Assembly (NCBI RefSeq): GCF_001194135.2
Contig: NC_068995.1
Coordinates: 2,682,477-2,746,476 of the forward strand
DNA length: 64,000 bases
Reading direction: 5' to 3'
Source: Octopus bimaculoides
Taxonomy: Eukaryota
Of the stretch, positions 47,239 through 60,256 are shown piece after piece. The notes under the pieces were generated by a model, which did no database searches, was not told the origin of the DNA, and worked only from the letters and a program-made list of their open reading frames with translations. How positions within the stretch are numbered: the stretch's first letter is position 1; every line of letters starts with the position of its first letter. A program made the translations under genes and the position numbers.

Positions 47239-48363
47239 ATGGAATTGTCTCCTGAACATCTGAAACAACTGCGTTCTTTCGTAGAAGCATGCAAACAAAA
47301 TTCCAACCTTTTATATCTGCCAAATTTGGAATTTTTCCGTCGCTGGATTGAAGAAATGGGAGGAAAGATCCCGGCCAAGACAGAGGAAGCCCCTAAAGCT
47401 CCTCCTCCGCAAGAAACTCCAACAGAAGCAGAAGCAGAGGAACCAAAACAAGAGGCAGCTGAAGAGAATGTGTCCGAGGAAAGTGAAGAGAGTGAAATTG
47501 AATTGGATGATTCCGGTGTTGTTGAAGCTGACGAAGATATTGACCAAAGGTTTGGGGATGAAACCCTGGAAATTACCGACGAAATGATTGAACTGGCAAA
47601 TGACAAACGCAATGAAGCTTTAGATGCCATGGCTAGCGGAGATTACGAAAAAGCTATTCAATTATTGACCGTTGCTATCCAGAACAACCCAACATCGGCC
47701 AACCAGTATGCCAAGAGGGCCTCCGTCTTCATCAAAATGTTGAAACCTAACGCTGCAATCAAAGACTGCGAGAAAGCCATTCTACTCAACCCAGACTCAG
47801 CACAACCTTACAAATGGCGAGGCAAGGCCCAAGGTTTGTTGGGGAAATGGGAACAGGCTTACCAAGATCTCTCTACTGCTTGTAAACTTGACTACGATGA
47901 CGATGCTTACAAAATGTTACAAGACGTCACCCCAAATGCGAAAAAGATCCAAGAACACAGGCGTAAGTATGAATTGAAACGTGAAATGAAAGAAATGAAA
48001 CTGCGGAAAGAAAGAATTCGTAAAGCCAGGGAGGAATACGAAAAGGCTAAAGGTCAGTCTGGATCAAGTGGCACAGGTGCTTCTACTGGAGGCGGGTTCG
48101 GCATGCCCGGGGGTTTCCCTGGTTTCCCAGGAGCTGGTGGTCCAGGTAGTGGACCGGGTGGTATCGATATATCTCAACTACTCAGCGACCCTGATATTTG
48201 TTCAGCACTTCAAGATCCAGAAATAGCAGCAGCATTCCAAGACGTCAGTTCCAATCCAGCCAACATAGGTAAATATCAAAATAATCCTAAAGTTCAAAAA
48301 GTGATTAACAAACTTGCTGCTAAATTCGGTGCCCCTAATCCTCCTCAGGGGGGCAGTTTCTAA
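47239..48363 (+). CDS. ST13: Hsc70-interacting protein (Hip/ST13), intact 374-aa ORF with no introns
   Basis: N-terminal dimerisation domain ([11 protein letters not shown]...[14 protein letters not shown]), acidic region, TPRs ([19 protein letters not shown]...[13 protein letters not shown]), charged region, GMPGGFPG, and an STI1/DP domain ([29 protein letters not shown]). The true ATG is at 47239. Confidence 0.96.
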   Translation: MELSPEHLKQLRSFVEACKQNSNLLYLPNLEFFRRWIEEMGGKIPAKTEEAPKAPPPQETPTEAEAEEPKQEAAEENVSEESEESEIELDDSGVVEADEDIDQRFGDETLEITDEMIELANDKRNEALDAMASGDYEKAIQLLTVAIQNNPTSANQYAKRASVFIKMLKPNAAIKDCEKAILLNPDSAQPYKWRGKAQGLLGKWEQAYQDLSTACKLDYDDDAYKMLQDVTPNAKKIQEHRRKYELKREMKEMKLRKERIRKAREEYEKAKGQSGSSGTGASTGGGFGMPGGFPGFPGAGGPGSGPGGIDISQLLSDPDICSALQDPEIAAAFQDVSSNPANIGKYQNNPKVQKVINKLAAKFGAPNPPQGGSF

Positions 48364-48618
48364 GACAGTATCAAGCAGCTTGCATGTTTATCCTCCTCAT
48401 TTAGCTTGCAGTTGCATTTGAGCTGTAATATTGATTGATATTTCCTGCAAGTGAGCGAACTGTTGTAGTTCTGTCGCAGACATTTTACTCCACTGAAGCT
48501 GTCAATATACATATAAAACAGTAATTCCAGAGAACAATCACTACATGCTAGACAAAACGACCCCGAACTGCTGTTACAACACCCAAATGTTGTACCTTAT
48601 TTGCAGTCGCTCACTTTA

Positions 48619-48650
<32 letters not shown>

Positions 48651-51600
48651 AACAACCTGTCCACCTCTTTGCTTTTGCCTTTCTCTCACAAAAGCCATCC
48701 CCGTTTCAATTCCATACAAAATACATTCTACCAATTTATCTGTATTTTTCTACTGTTTTATTACTTTAATTAACATTGGTTTATCTCAAATCTTTGACCA
48801 ACCACAAAATAACTTTGGTTAATTTAGAAGATGAGGGGTTTTTTTTCTTTTTTATATTTGGGTCCTTTTTGTTCTGTCTCAAGCATTAACGTAAAATACT
48901 TTTTCCTAAGTTATAGATATTCTGTCTTGAAATATTAAGAAACATTTTCCTTTTTTTTTTATATTCGACTTGCTAGAAATAGCAGCCAAACTACATCCTG
49001 CTGTCTTGAATGAACACATTCAATAATGTTTGTCCCAGGTAGACTGCCTGGAAAAAAAAAAAAAAAAAGAGGGGATGGTCANNNNNNNNNNNNNNNNNNN
49101 NNNNNNNNNNNNNNNNNNNNNNNNNNNNNNNNNNNNNNNNNNNNNNNNNNNNNNNNNNNNNNNNNNNNNNNNNNNNNNNNNNNNNNNNNNNNNNNNNNNN
49201 NNNNNNNNNNNNNNNNNNNNNNNNNNNNNNNNNNNNNNNNNNNNNNNNNNNNNNNNNNNNNNNNNNNNNNNNNNNNNNNNNNNNNNNNNNNNGACCTTTA
49301 TTAGGCTTTTCTGAGGTTCAAATCCCGCCGAGGTCAACTTTACTTTTCATCCTTCCAATTCAGTACTGGGATCGATGCCATCGACTAATCCCTTCCCCTC
49401 AAAATTGCTGACCTGTAAGTAAATTAGAAACCACCATTACTACTAATAATAATCAATAGTTAAACTTTCTGAAATGTTTTGCAATTTTTAGCTTCAATAA
49501 GTTTTCTTTAATGTCCCGACCGGGACGGGCAGCCCGGGTTTACTAGAACCTATGTTAACATCTAAAATTTAAATGAATAATGCTCCCTCATGTCAATAGC
49601 TAGCTGTCTTGCAATATATATACTGCACACGTTTTTGCATGTGTGGTGCATTTTGCCCCTCTCGCAGTTAGGGGTTTATTTTGCAGTGTCAGCTCACACA
49701 GACTGTTTCCTAAAAACTGCTCGTGTCAGCCCATCATATTTCTTTTTCATCGAAACAATATTATTGATCTCTTAAGAGAAGAAAATAAAAAAAAAAAGCA
49801 AAACATTAGCTACTCCAGTGTAGTTTGAACCCGTTTCCCTGGTATAACGTGAACTGGTTATGTAGGTTCAAATCTAGATTATGTCTTGTTCTAATTAATT
49901 ATGAGATATTATTTCTTAGTAAATGAAATTTTTACTGATGTTTCTGAAAACTTTATTTTCTTTCTCTGTTTTTTTTTTCTCCTTTTTTTGTTTCCTGCAA
50001 ATTTTTTTTCTGATAATAAAAATGTTGGAAAAGATTATTTTCTATTTTTTCTCTCTCCTGCTCACTTCCTCTTCATTTAATGCTTTTTTTCATTAACTTT
50101 CTTTACTAATTCATGTTTAGACGGGTTTTACGAGATGCTTGACACCTGGCCAACTTCGGCAGAGGGAAGGGTGCTTCATTTTAATATTCATATTGCGTGT
50201 ATGTACGTACACACACACGCATTACATATACGTGTAACCCTTAACATAGTTCTTTGACTGAACCGACCCGTGTGTGTGTGTGTGAATATACACACGTACG
50301 CACACGTACACGACTGGTGGGTTTGCAGGCTGAGTTTAAAATTTCTGCGAGAGCAGAATTATATTTAAAAGAATCCTGTGATTCAAAGTTAAGACACATT
50401 TTGAGTGTCAAATGTTGCCTGGGGAGGGATTTGGCTGTCGTTTCTAGCAGGTCGAATAAACTACGTAAAACTAACAAGCAAGTTTTTACATGGTTGCATG
50501 CCTGCTAGAAATAGCAGCCACTCTCTCTCGTTACATGTTTATTATATTCTTCACTATTTAGTAGAAATAAATATTCATAAAGTGAGGAAATAATTATTAA
50601 CTGTCCGTCATTTAACACATTTTAGTTAGAATCATTATTGAATGCTTTCAGAGGGCACTGTTGGACAATACAGGTCCCATCGGACTTGATGTATTTGTGT
50701 AAGCTAGCATATATTGATCCACGAGCTACAACAGCTTGTTTTGTTGGTGGAAATAAAGATTATATTATTATTTCTGTCACAATATCTGCCATCCTTAACC
50801 CGTACTGTGTATCGCTTTTGATGCACTGGACCTGTTTCCCTGGCATCCATGCATTATATATCATACACTTCGTCATTTTTTTTTCTATCACCGGAGTAAC
50901 GTGGAACTTATGAAAGCAAAGCCTTATATTTACTCAGAACGTGTAAAACAAGGACCAATTAAAAATTTGGAAACAAACATGGATGTCTAGGACAAACTCA
51001 TAAGCGTATTTTGAAGAGGCAAAGGGTTAATAAATGGATTTAATTTGGTATTTGAAGGTTCAAAGTTTGATTCAATTTCCAGTAATGAATTAATTGAAGG
51101 AAAGACGCAGATCAGTAGTTGTCGTTTTTTGTTTTTGTTACTTATGGACCTTTTGGATAACTGTCTTGCTTTTCTCGNNNNNNNNNNNNNNNNNNNNNNN
51201 NNNNNNNNNNNNNNNNNNNNNNNNNNNNNNNNNNNNNNNNNNNNNNNNNNNNNNNNNNNNNNNNNNNNNNNNNNNNNNNNNNNNNNNNNNNNNNNNNNNN
51301 NNNNNNNNNNNNNNNNNNNNNNNNNNNNNNNNNNNNNNNNNNNNNNNNNNNNNNNNNNNNNNNNNNNNNNNNNNNNNNNNNNNNNNNNNNNNNNNNNNNN
51401 NNNNNNNNNNNNNNNNNNNNNNNNNNNNNNNNNNNNNNNNNNNNNNNNNNNNNNNNNNNNNNNNNNNNNTGTCTTTCCAGTCTTTTTTTATATATATATA
51501 TATTTCTAGAAAAATGTTATTTTATAATTTTAAAATTTTTCTTGTTCTAGAAATTCCTAAAATGTTCCTGCGTTCAATTGAGTTATCTCCCTTTGTCATC

Positions 51601-51689
51601 ATTTATGTCTGTTTTAGGCTTGCATGGGTTTGATGGGTCTCTCCCCCCTTCAAAAAAAAAAACAAAAACCTTTAGCATCTCATTGTTCG

Positions 51690-52150
51690 TACGAGGTTTA
51701 GCCTCAAGACCAGTCTTCACCACTTCTTCCCGTATCTTTTTTATCTACAGATTCTTCCCATCTCTCATCTCCCCGCCATTTTTTTCACTCTCGATACCAG
51801 GCCGGTCTTCTAATAACCAAGGCTCTACGACCACTGTCCTATTTATCCTTTGTCGTCCATCTACGCTGACATGAGGCATCCAGCAAACCACAACGCTCGC
51901 TTATTTCTTTCCCGCTCTCGTTCGCATCCTCTGCATTCGCTGCCATGCAACGTTGCACTTCATTCACAAGATCTACACCTTCGTTCTAAGATTACAGAAT
52001 CCCTTTGTTGCCAGCAGTACTATCAACTCCCTGAACTTTTCACCCCGTCTATTATACTCTTTCAGGACACCCACCTCCCCTGATAATTGGGTCACCAAGG
52101 CAACGGAAGTCGTCAACGACTTGTAGAGTCTACCCGAGGTATTATAAGTA
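51690..52150 (-). mobile_element. Highly degenerate RTE-like LINE 3' fragment
   Basis: Minus frames contain KRALWFAGCLM and RRPAWYRE..KWRGDERW, resembling RTE RLxWFGHxxR and GRP..RW. Many stops. Confidence 0.45.
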
Positions 52151-52853
52151 GTTTTTGGCATGGATCCTCTTAATACTCCCGTTTATTTATTCAGATAAGG
52201 GTGGCGGACAATAGCCATTTACAGCACATGGGGAAAGGAATGAGTATGGGATGGGGGGGGGGCAGATGTTAAATTTTAATTCCTGGAACAAAAATGTTTT
52301 CAGAATAGTAATTCCTGTTATATATGACAGAAATATTAAGAAATTAAGGAGGAAATCCACCTGATCCATGCGCCTTTTTCTTTTCTTACCAGGTACGGAT
52401 AGCTATTTAAAAAAAAAAAATCTACGACTGTGTGGTAAAGTTTGATTCCCAGCCCCATGGTTCCGCGTTCAGTCCCACTGCGCAGCACCTTGGGCAAGTA
52501 GATTTGGTAGACGGAAACTAAAAGAAGCCCGTCATATATAATATCTGTTTGTCCTCCCCACCACCGCTTGGCAACCGGTGTTGGTTTGTTTGTTCCTGTA
52601 ACATAGCGGTTCAGCCAAAGAGCGATAGAATAGGTATCAGGTTCCACTTAACGCCGTCTCTACTAGAAATAGTAGCTAAATATCTTAGATGATACCTTAC
52701 TGTATTGAAAAAGGAGGGACACAGGGTAGTAGTAGTAGTAGTAGTAGTTGTATAGTCCATGACATGTAATACCTGAGAGGACAGGAATGGTCGTGCCTGG
52801 CAAGTCTCCTTGCCCTCAGCCAAGGTGAGCAGGTTTAAACAACTAAGGTGTAC

Positions 52854-52891
<38 letters not shown>

Positions 52892-53035
52892 AATGAAGTA
52901 TGGGGGTTTAGTTCACAGGTGAGCTAAACGATCAGGTACGCTAGATAAGTACTGTAACGGATTAGTAGGGCTCCAAGGTTATAGCCGAGACGGTAGTCAT
53001 GGAGACGTTGCAGATTTCCGGTGCAGCGGATATAG

Positions 53036-53153
53036 AATTGTTAAAGAGCACAACAAACGTTAAGGCAAGGCAAATATCTCGAGTCGTATACCATATTGTA
53101 TACGACTTGAGACGCTTGCCTTACCTGAATGTTTGTTGTCCTCTTTAACAATT
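53036..53153. repeat. Long imperfect inverted repeat (foldback hairpin, ~55-bp arms, 6-nt loop)
   Basis: aattgttaaagagcacaacaaacgtt...tctcgagtcgtatac-catatt-gtatacgacttgaga...aatgtttgttgtcctctttaacaatt. Confidence 0.9.
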
Positions 53154-56100
53154 ATAATTCATTCGCCTCGGAGCGGTAGTTGACTGCTAGAAATGTCAGC
53201 CAAATCTCCCGTCCTGAAGGACATACATTGGATAATGTGGTCCTTGATCACACCTGGATATAATAGGTGGACACATTTGCTCACAGGTCTGATAAATTAT
53301 GGTTGACTTAGGTGTAAATAACACTGACTCCTCTACACGATTCATATAGGGTTTTTTAATAATATGTAACGTGTATGTCGATGTGGGGCTGGTCATAAGT
53401 CTAAATTTATATTTTAATAATTTTAAGGGTGTTCATTTATGGAGGTCATTGTTCTAGAAAGTTCTAAATGTTGACTTGAGTTGTCTCCCTTTATCCACTC
53501 ATTAGGTGGGAGCTAGAAATAGCAGTCAAATCTTTATGATAAACTCAACCGTCTTAGAAAAAGGACTTCTTCGATAATTGTGGGGCTTGAAAAAAATATG
53601 GTAAAACAGGATGGTCGTGGTGGAAATGCATTTGATCATAGGCTTCGCTAATAATAACTAGATGTCTTGTGGCAGTTATATCCCTTTCGTCGTACCGAGG
53701 TAGATAAAATAAAATTCCAATCAATCGCAGATTCAGATCGTTATAGTCACATATTGCTGTTATTCTGGACTTTTGTTTGTTTTAAACCCCCCCCCCCCCT
53801 TAACGCTCATCGGTGTTTTGTTTCTGAAAAGCCAAAACGTTTTTAACCAAATAAAATGTTATGGATTTTTTTCTTTCTTTTTAATCCTTTTAATCCAACA
53901 TTTGATTAGAGATTAGAGGAGTTACTCGTGTAGTACAATATTTGTTTTGTATATAAATTTTAGCAGCATCGTTTCATTTTCTGAAATGATTAAAATGGGT
54001 TTCGTTCCAGTTTCAATCAAAACTGAAAATGAAATGACCGCATTTGGGACATAGAAGACACATTCTACTATCTCAGTAGCGCATATTGAAGAGGGGAAAA
54101 AGTTTTTAGTGTATTAGAATACGCAGTATTCTTATGTAACTTTGTATATCAGACCAGCAGTTGGTGGAGGTGGAGTTTTATTTCATGAAATACGATATAA
54201 ATACTAACATATCTTGATATACTTCACACGTGATGTACGTGTGTGTAACATAGATGGGGTGTGTCCTTTTAATCCCTATGATGCACCTGGAACCAACCCT
54301 GAGTCGGATCTACAGTTTGAACTGGTTTTGCTACTTACGTATCAACAATATCCTCCCAACACATCTCATGGTTGTTTTACCTCGCTGCGAACACCATGTT
54401 ATGGTACCCAGCCAGTTCTGGCGTCCTACATGTTGATGCGCCTGGATTCTAATGAATCCTGTAACATATATGTAGACGGAATATATTCATATATATATAT
54501 ACACACACACAAAAGAATACATAAAGTAATGTAACTATATTTTGTAATCATCAGATTCCGATTTTATTTTGTATTTTAAAGAGTTCTATTTAAGAGTTTT
54601 AAAATTTGTTTTAATAGATTCTGGATCTTTGTTGTTGAACAAACACTACAATGACCGTTTATTTAATTTTTGAACTGCATTAATTAAATTTAGAAGTGAT
54701 AACTGTTAATAAACCTCCTCGCTGGAACAAGTGCCAGTCCGCCCGCCCCTCCTCCTGTTTCTAACTCGCAGAATGTCTGGCCTTGGGCTGACTACTGATC
54801 ATAATGGTGCTGTCAGCAATTTCTAGTTGTGTACGGTGTGCAACACTGGTGCATATGCCCCAAACGCTGCCTGCAAATTACAAAATGCTGTACACAAAGC
54901 TAACATGCTTGGACTGTATTTACCGTGTCTTAAAGGTGTCAAACAGTTCATGCTTGGTTAACTATCTGGGGCAAGCTGAGATATACAAGACTATAAAACT
55001 ACCTCGTGACAACCGTCCCAAACCGACCACAATGTCACGCACCTGCCGATGTGGGAGTCATTGACCTAAGAATTGAAGGAAGAGGAGGCGATGAGATACT
55101 CTGTCTAATTTTCATGCAAAGGCCGAGCACTCGGTCTGTTCTGGTGATGTTTTCATTTTCATTGTATTTCACATGTTAGACATATAAAGGATTAAATGTG
55201 TTTAAAAAGATTGAGACTTAACATCGAAGATTTTAAGTCCGGGGTTTCCAGCGTTTTATTTAGACAGGGTATCTTTTTAGCTGAGGCACCGCCTTGAATT
55301 TTTTAGTTGAATGAATCGACTCCAGTATTCTTTTAAACCTCTTTTGCTGAACCGCTAAGTTACGGGGACGTAAACACACCAACACTGGTTGTCAAGTGGC
55401 GGTAACAAACGCAGATACAAGTACATACGTACGTATGTACATGCCTATACGATAGGCTTCTTTCAGTTTCCATCTACCAAATCCACTCACAAGGCTTTGG
55501 TCAGCTCAAGGAGACACTTGAAGATGCCACGCGATGAGACTGAAGCAAGTACCAAGTGATTGGGAAACATGCTTCTTACGACACGGCTCTGCCTACTGTG
55601 GAGACTACATGAACCAGTCATTTCATTTTATTTGCTTACACCCTTTCTAATTTTGACCTAAGACTAGTAATTCTGAGGGGAGGGGGAAGTTAACATTGAA
55701 CCTTGTACTTGACTGATAGGATGAAAAGCCAAGTTCACTTTGGTGGGATTTGAACTTGGAATCTGCAGAAATGCCTCTAAGACTTTCATCCAACATGCCA
55801 GCTTACTGCCTTAAAACAATTTCTGTCAGGTATCTGAGTGGAGTTTCTGGATGGTCATTGGTGGGATACGAAATCCAACCAACAATAACCTATTATCCTG
55901 TGAAGTGTCCTGTTACCAAAGGAGTCCAGGTGACTCCTAAGGCCCCCCCCCCCACCGGACAGTATCCAAGTCTCACAACTATAGAGCAAGTCAGGGAGGA
56001 CCCAAGACCTTTGCATAATTCAAGAGCACCAGCGCTGAATGTTTGGCCATGTTGCTTGATTTTCCCAAGTTAGTCTCTGCTTACTGAGGATCCAGCTGGG

Positions 56101-58006
56101 CCGAGAGCTTATGTTGGTCGATCACATGGTCACAACAGATGAGATGGAGACTGACCACGACATTGTTTAAAGGGTTGCCTGTGTCCCCCACACACACACC
56201 TGACCTGATAGGTATCAGGTAAGGGGGGACATTATAAGGACAGTTTGCAATTTGTGTGTTTGGGGGGGGTTACATAAAAGATAAGAGGGAGAGGAGGGGA
56301 AGTGAAATAAACTTTAGATGGCATACAAAATCTGTTTATGATGTTGTCTTGATACAAAAGAACCTCCAACCAGTGCTGTTCTCGTCTCACTGAGTTATCT
56401 CCCATCAGACCATTGTCTTTGACATTTCGTCTCCTAAACGACAGACCGAATATCAGAGATGCTGCGGTTGATAAAATTAACTAAAAAAAAAACCCTTCAG
56501 AATTGATTCTCTGCCATGACCCCTAAACCGGTGACTGTAACCAGCAAAGGAAGAAAGAAATCTACCTGTTTTGGAGCATGTCTGTAAGAGCTATCCTGTT
56601 ACATGCAGCCTTACCAACGATGTCCCTCCATTCAACAGTCTCAGACGAAAGTTTTCTATTTTTAAACTCAGTCACCCGATGGGTCAAGTTGACCTTTCGC
56701 CTGCCAGGGTTAGGATAACAGCATGAGAGCCTGGTAGACGAGTCTACTGTAGTGATTGGTACCACCCTCTGGAATAAGGCAGGGAGAAATTATATTTGGT
56801 TACTAGAGACAATAGGGGAGGGGGTGTGAGGTGTTTTAATTAGAACTAATTTTCAGAAAATAGTTTCAATCAGTTTGACTGTGGCCATGTTGGAACACCG
56901 CCTTTAGTCGAAGAAATCGACCCCAGGACTTCTTCTTTGTAAGCCTAATACTTGTTCTATCGGGATTGATAAGTACCAGTCAACCTTGGCGGAATTTGAA
57001 CCTGGAACATAGTGGCAGATGAAATACTGTTAATCATTTCACCCAGCATGCTAACAATTCTACCTGCGCAATGCCTTAATAATAATTTCTGCTTTAGTCA
57101 CAAGGCCTGAAATTTTAGGGGAGGGGGTCTAGTCATTTACGTCAACCACCAATACTCAACTGGTTCTTATTTCATCGACCCTGATAAGATGAAAGGCAAA
57201 GTTGATATTGGTGGCATTGAAACTCAATGCTAAGTGTTTTGTCTGAGGTGCTAGCAATTCTGTCAGCTCACTGCCTTTTCAACATTTCATGATAATGAAA
57301 TGACTTTTGTACAAATAGTCTTTTAATAGTGATCAACCTGTTGGCAGTAATTTTTATGGTATATTTAATGTTGCACAGGCCTGACTCTGTGGTTAAAACC
57401 TTTGCTTCCCAGCCACACAGTTTGTGGGTCAATGTTACTGCAAGGAACCTTGGACAAGTGTCTTCTACCATAGCCCCAAGCTAGTGTAGAAACCTTGTGA
57501 CTAGATTTGGTAGATGGAAACTGAAAGAGGCCCCCATCATGTGTGTACTGCTAGGGTTTCCTTGTTTTGACATCTTGTGATAGTTGTAAATGGATGTCAC
57601 TGGAAACCAGGGGGCTGGCCCTGGTGAGTCTGTATTGACTGAAGAAGGAACTTTACTCTTTTTACTTTGAAAGAAATGTGAGCAACAGTTAAAAGAAAGA
57701 GAATAACTGGTCTACTATAGATGATAGATACCAAACGAGTGTCCTTACTTGGAAATAACTGTAAAATAGCAAGTATCACCAATAACCTGGAAGTCACAGC
57801 TGCAACTGGCTCTATCAACTTCAAACAATAAAACCACTATGGTGGCTTGTTTATTAAGACAAAAACCAATAAACAACAATGTTATCTCCAAAGGAAATTT
57901 CCTCTTGACTGTTATTTCCAACTTCATCCGGACCGATCCTAAATTTCTTCCTTAAAATGTTTCCTTGTCTTTTGTTTTCCTTAACATCAGGCATTAACTC
58001 CTAAAT

Positions 58007-58244
58007 CAGTGGTTCTCCTTTTTTTTTTTTTTAACCTACGGACCCCTTTAATTCCTATCTTACTCTCCTGCACCTCCATAGCCATTTGATGTATATCAGA
58101 AAAATCCTGTTATATTTTTATGATTCGATATTATTAGGAATTTTTTTTAAAAATTGAAATATTTTGTGTATTGTAAAAATATAACCAATTTATTGCAGAC
58201 GAATTTGAACAAAATCTTATATGGACCCTGGTTGGGAACCACTA
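58007..58244. mobile_element. hAT (Charlie-like) MITE, older copy; a truncated relative starts at 29052
   Basis: Ends CAGTGGTTCTC ... GTTGGGAACCACT; the internal ctccatagccatttgatgtatatc is shared with the 29052 copy; the TSD is degenerate. Confidence 0.65.
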
Positions 58245-58476
58245 TTTTAAACTGTCAATATTTCTAACATAAGTACCAGGTTGCAAATTTGAGGGAGACT
58301 GTATTAACAGATTGACTCCAGTGTATAACTGGTATCTCCTTTTGTTTGTTTTATCCAGCATTAAACCACCAGAAAATATTCATTTTAAGTTACTTAAAAA
58401 TACGTAAGGGTTGGCTTTTACCATCATCTCTTCTCACGTCCAATTTTTCTATGCTTGAGGGAATTTCTATGCTTGA

Positions 58477-59710
58477 TGGAAAGCAGATAGCTAAATGATG
58501 ATGAATAGGGGCAAGCATTGCTGTGTGGTAAGAAGTTTGCTTCTAAAGGACATGGTTTCAGGTTCAATCTGACTGTGTGGTCCCCGTGGGCCAGTGTCTC
58601 CTGAAGCCATTAGTTGTTTTTGGGAGACAGAAACAAGTCCGTGGTGTGTGTGTGTGTATATACATACATATATAAGTGCCATTGTCTTTTTGTAAAAAAG
58701 TAAAAGATAAACATATTTAATATTTTGATTAATTTAAAAATAACAGTTTAAAACTTCNNNNNNNNNNTTTTTTTTTTTTTTTCATATATATATAAATATT
58801 TAAAGGTTGAGGTAAAGAAATTAAATTTAACCAAATTTAATGCCTGTTTTCCATGCTGGCATGGGTTGGACGGTTTGACTGGAGCTGCACTAGGTTTCAT
58901 AGTCTGTTTTGGCACACCCTTCCTAATGTCAATAACTTTACAGACTCTACTGGGTGCTTTTTGCATGGCCCCAGAAGTGAAGTGTTTTGCTCAAGAAGAT
59001 AAGTTGCCCAGTTAAGGAATCGAAACCACAATCTTACAATCATAAATGCAACACCCTTGCCACTAAGCCAGGCATCTCCATTATTTACCCTTTTAACATT
59101 GAGAGATTTGAATGGGAATAGCTGATCACTGTTGGGGTTTTTTTTTTGTCACCAGATATTTATGCATGTTGTGGACGCATGTCACCTAAAGGGCAGAGGT
59201 ATTCTACAATAGCAAAAAAAACTACAGGGTTAAGATGGTCACATTCAAATCTGCCAAAGTGTATTAAGAATAAATACATTATTGAATGGAGTTATACTGA
59301 GTGGGTATTTCTGTTCACTTGGAATACATGCTGGTAAACAACCTGTCAGTGTTGTAAATCAGTATTTTGTGAAGTTTGGGAAGATTTGTTTTTCTGCAAC
59401 ACATAAAAGGCACCTACTACACACTTGGAGTGGTTGGCGTTAGGAAGTGCATCCAGCCATAGAAACTAAGCTAAATTAGACAGGAGCCTGGTACAGCTCT
59501 TTGACTTATCAGTCCCAGTCAAGCTGTCTAACCCATGCCAGCCTGGAAAGCAGATAGCTAAATGATGATGAATAGGGGCAAGCATTGCAGTGTGGTAAGA
59601 AGTTTGCTTCTAAAGGACATGGTTTCAGGTTCAATCTGACTGTGTGGTCCCCGTGGGCCAGTGTCTCCTGAAGCCATTAGTTGTTTTTGGGAGACAGAAA
59701 CAAGTCCGTG

Positions 59711-59741
<31 letters not shown>

Positions 59742-59944
59742 CATACATATATAAGTGCCATTGTCTTTTTGTAAAAAAAGTAAAAGATAAACATATTTAA
59801 TATTTTGATTAATTTAAAAATAACAGTTTAAAACTTCAATTTTTTTCCCCCCAGTTATTTAACAATAAAATGCTTTATTCAAACTTTTTTTTTTTTTTTT
59901 CATATATATATAAATATTTAAAGGTTGAGGTAAAGAAATTAAAT
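58477..59944. repeat. Direct duplication of a ~350-400-bp block (58477-58826 and 59544-59944)
   Basis: The copies are near-identical (one substitution, microsatellite length differences). Copy 1 contains a 10-N gap. Confidence 0.9.
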
Positions 59945-60018
59945 GGATTAATGGGTTGCTGCTTTGAAGGTTTGAGCAGCAGCGAGGGCAATAGCTCTTG
60001 ATGGACAATTTGTGTGGA

Positions 60019-60256
60019 TTACTGTATCTTCTTTTTGGGTCTAAACATGCCAATGATTTGTTGTAAGACTTCTGTGAAGATTAGAGTACCACCAAACACC
60101 AAGGTAGCACCGAGCCAATGCAATGTAGTGAATGGGTTCTGAAAGTACCAAATGGAGAACAGCAGACTTGCAAATTTCCTCAGTGTGACAACTAGAGTCA
60201 CTGTGAGAGAAGTACATTCTGTGGTGAGAATAAACACACTACGTATGCAGACATAT
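60019..60256 (-). CDS. SLC35B4: SLC35B4 (UDP-xylose/UDP-GlcNAc transporter) terminal exon
   Basis: ccccag| acceptor on the minus strand; YVCIRSVFILTTECTSLTVTLVVTLRKFASLLFSIWYFQNPFT...* closely matches recalled human SLC35B4; phase 2. Confidence 0.95.

Noticed and set aside
47229-47630. Minus-strand ORFs (133 aa, 78 aa) overlapping ST13
   Set aside because: Shadow frames of the purine-rich ST13 coding strand.
49052-49068. A17 tract as a possible poly(A) remnant of the ST13 retrocopy
   Set aside because: It lies inside a recurrent interspersed repeat (gctagaaatagcagcc family), with no canonical AATAAA and no matching TSD.
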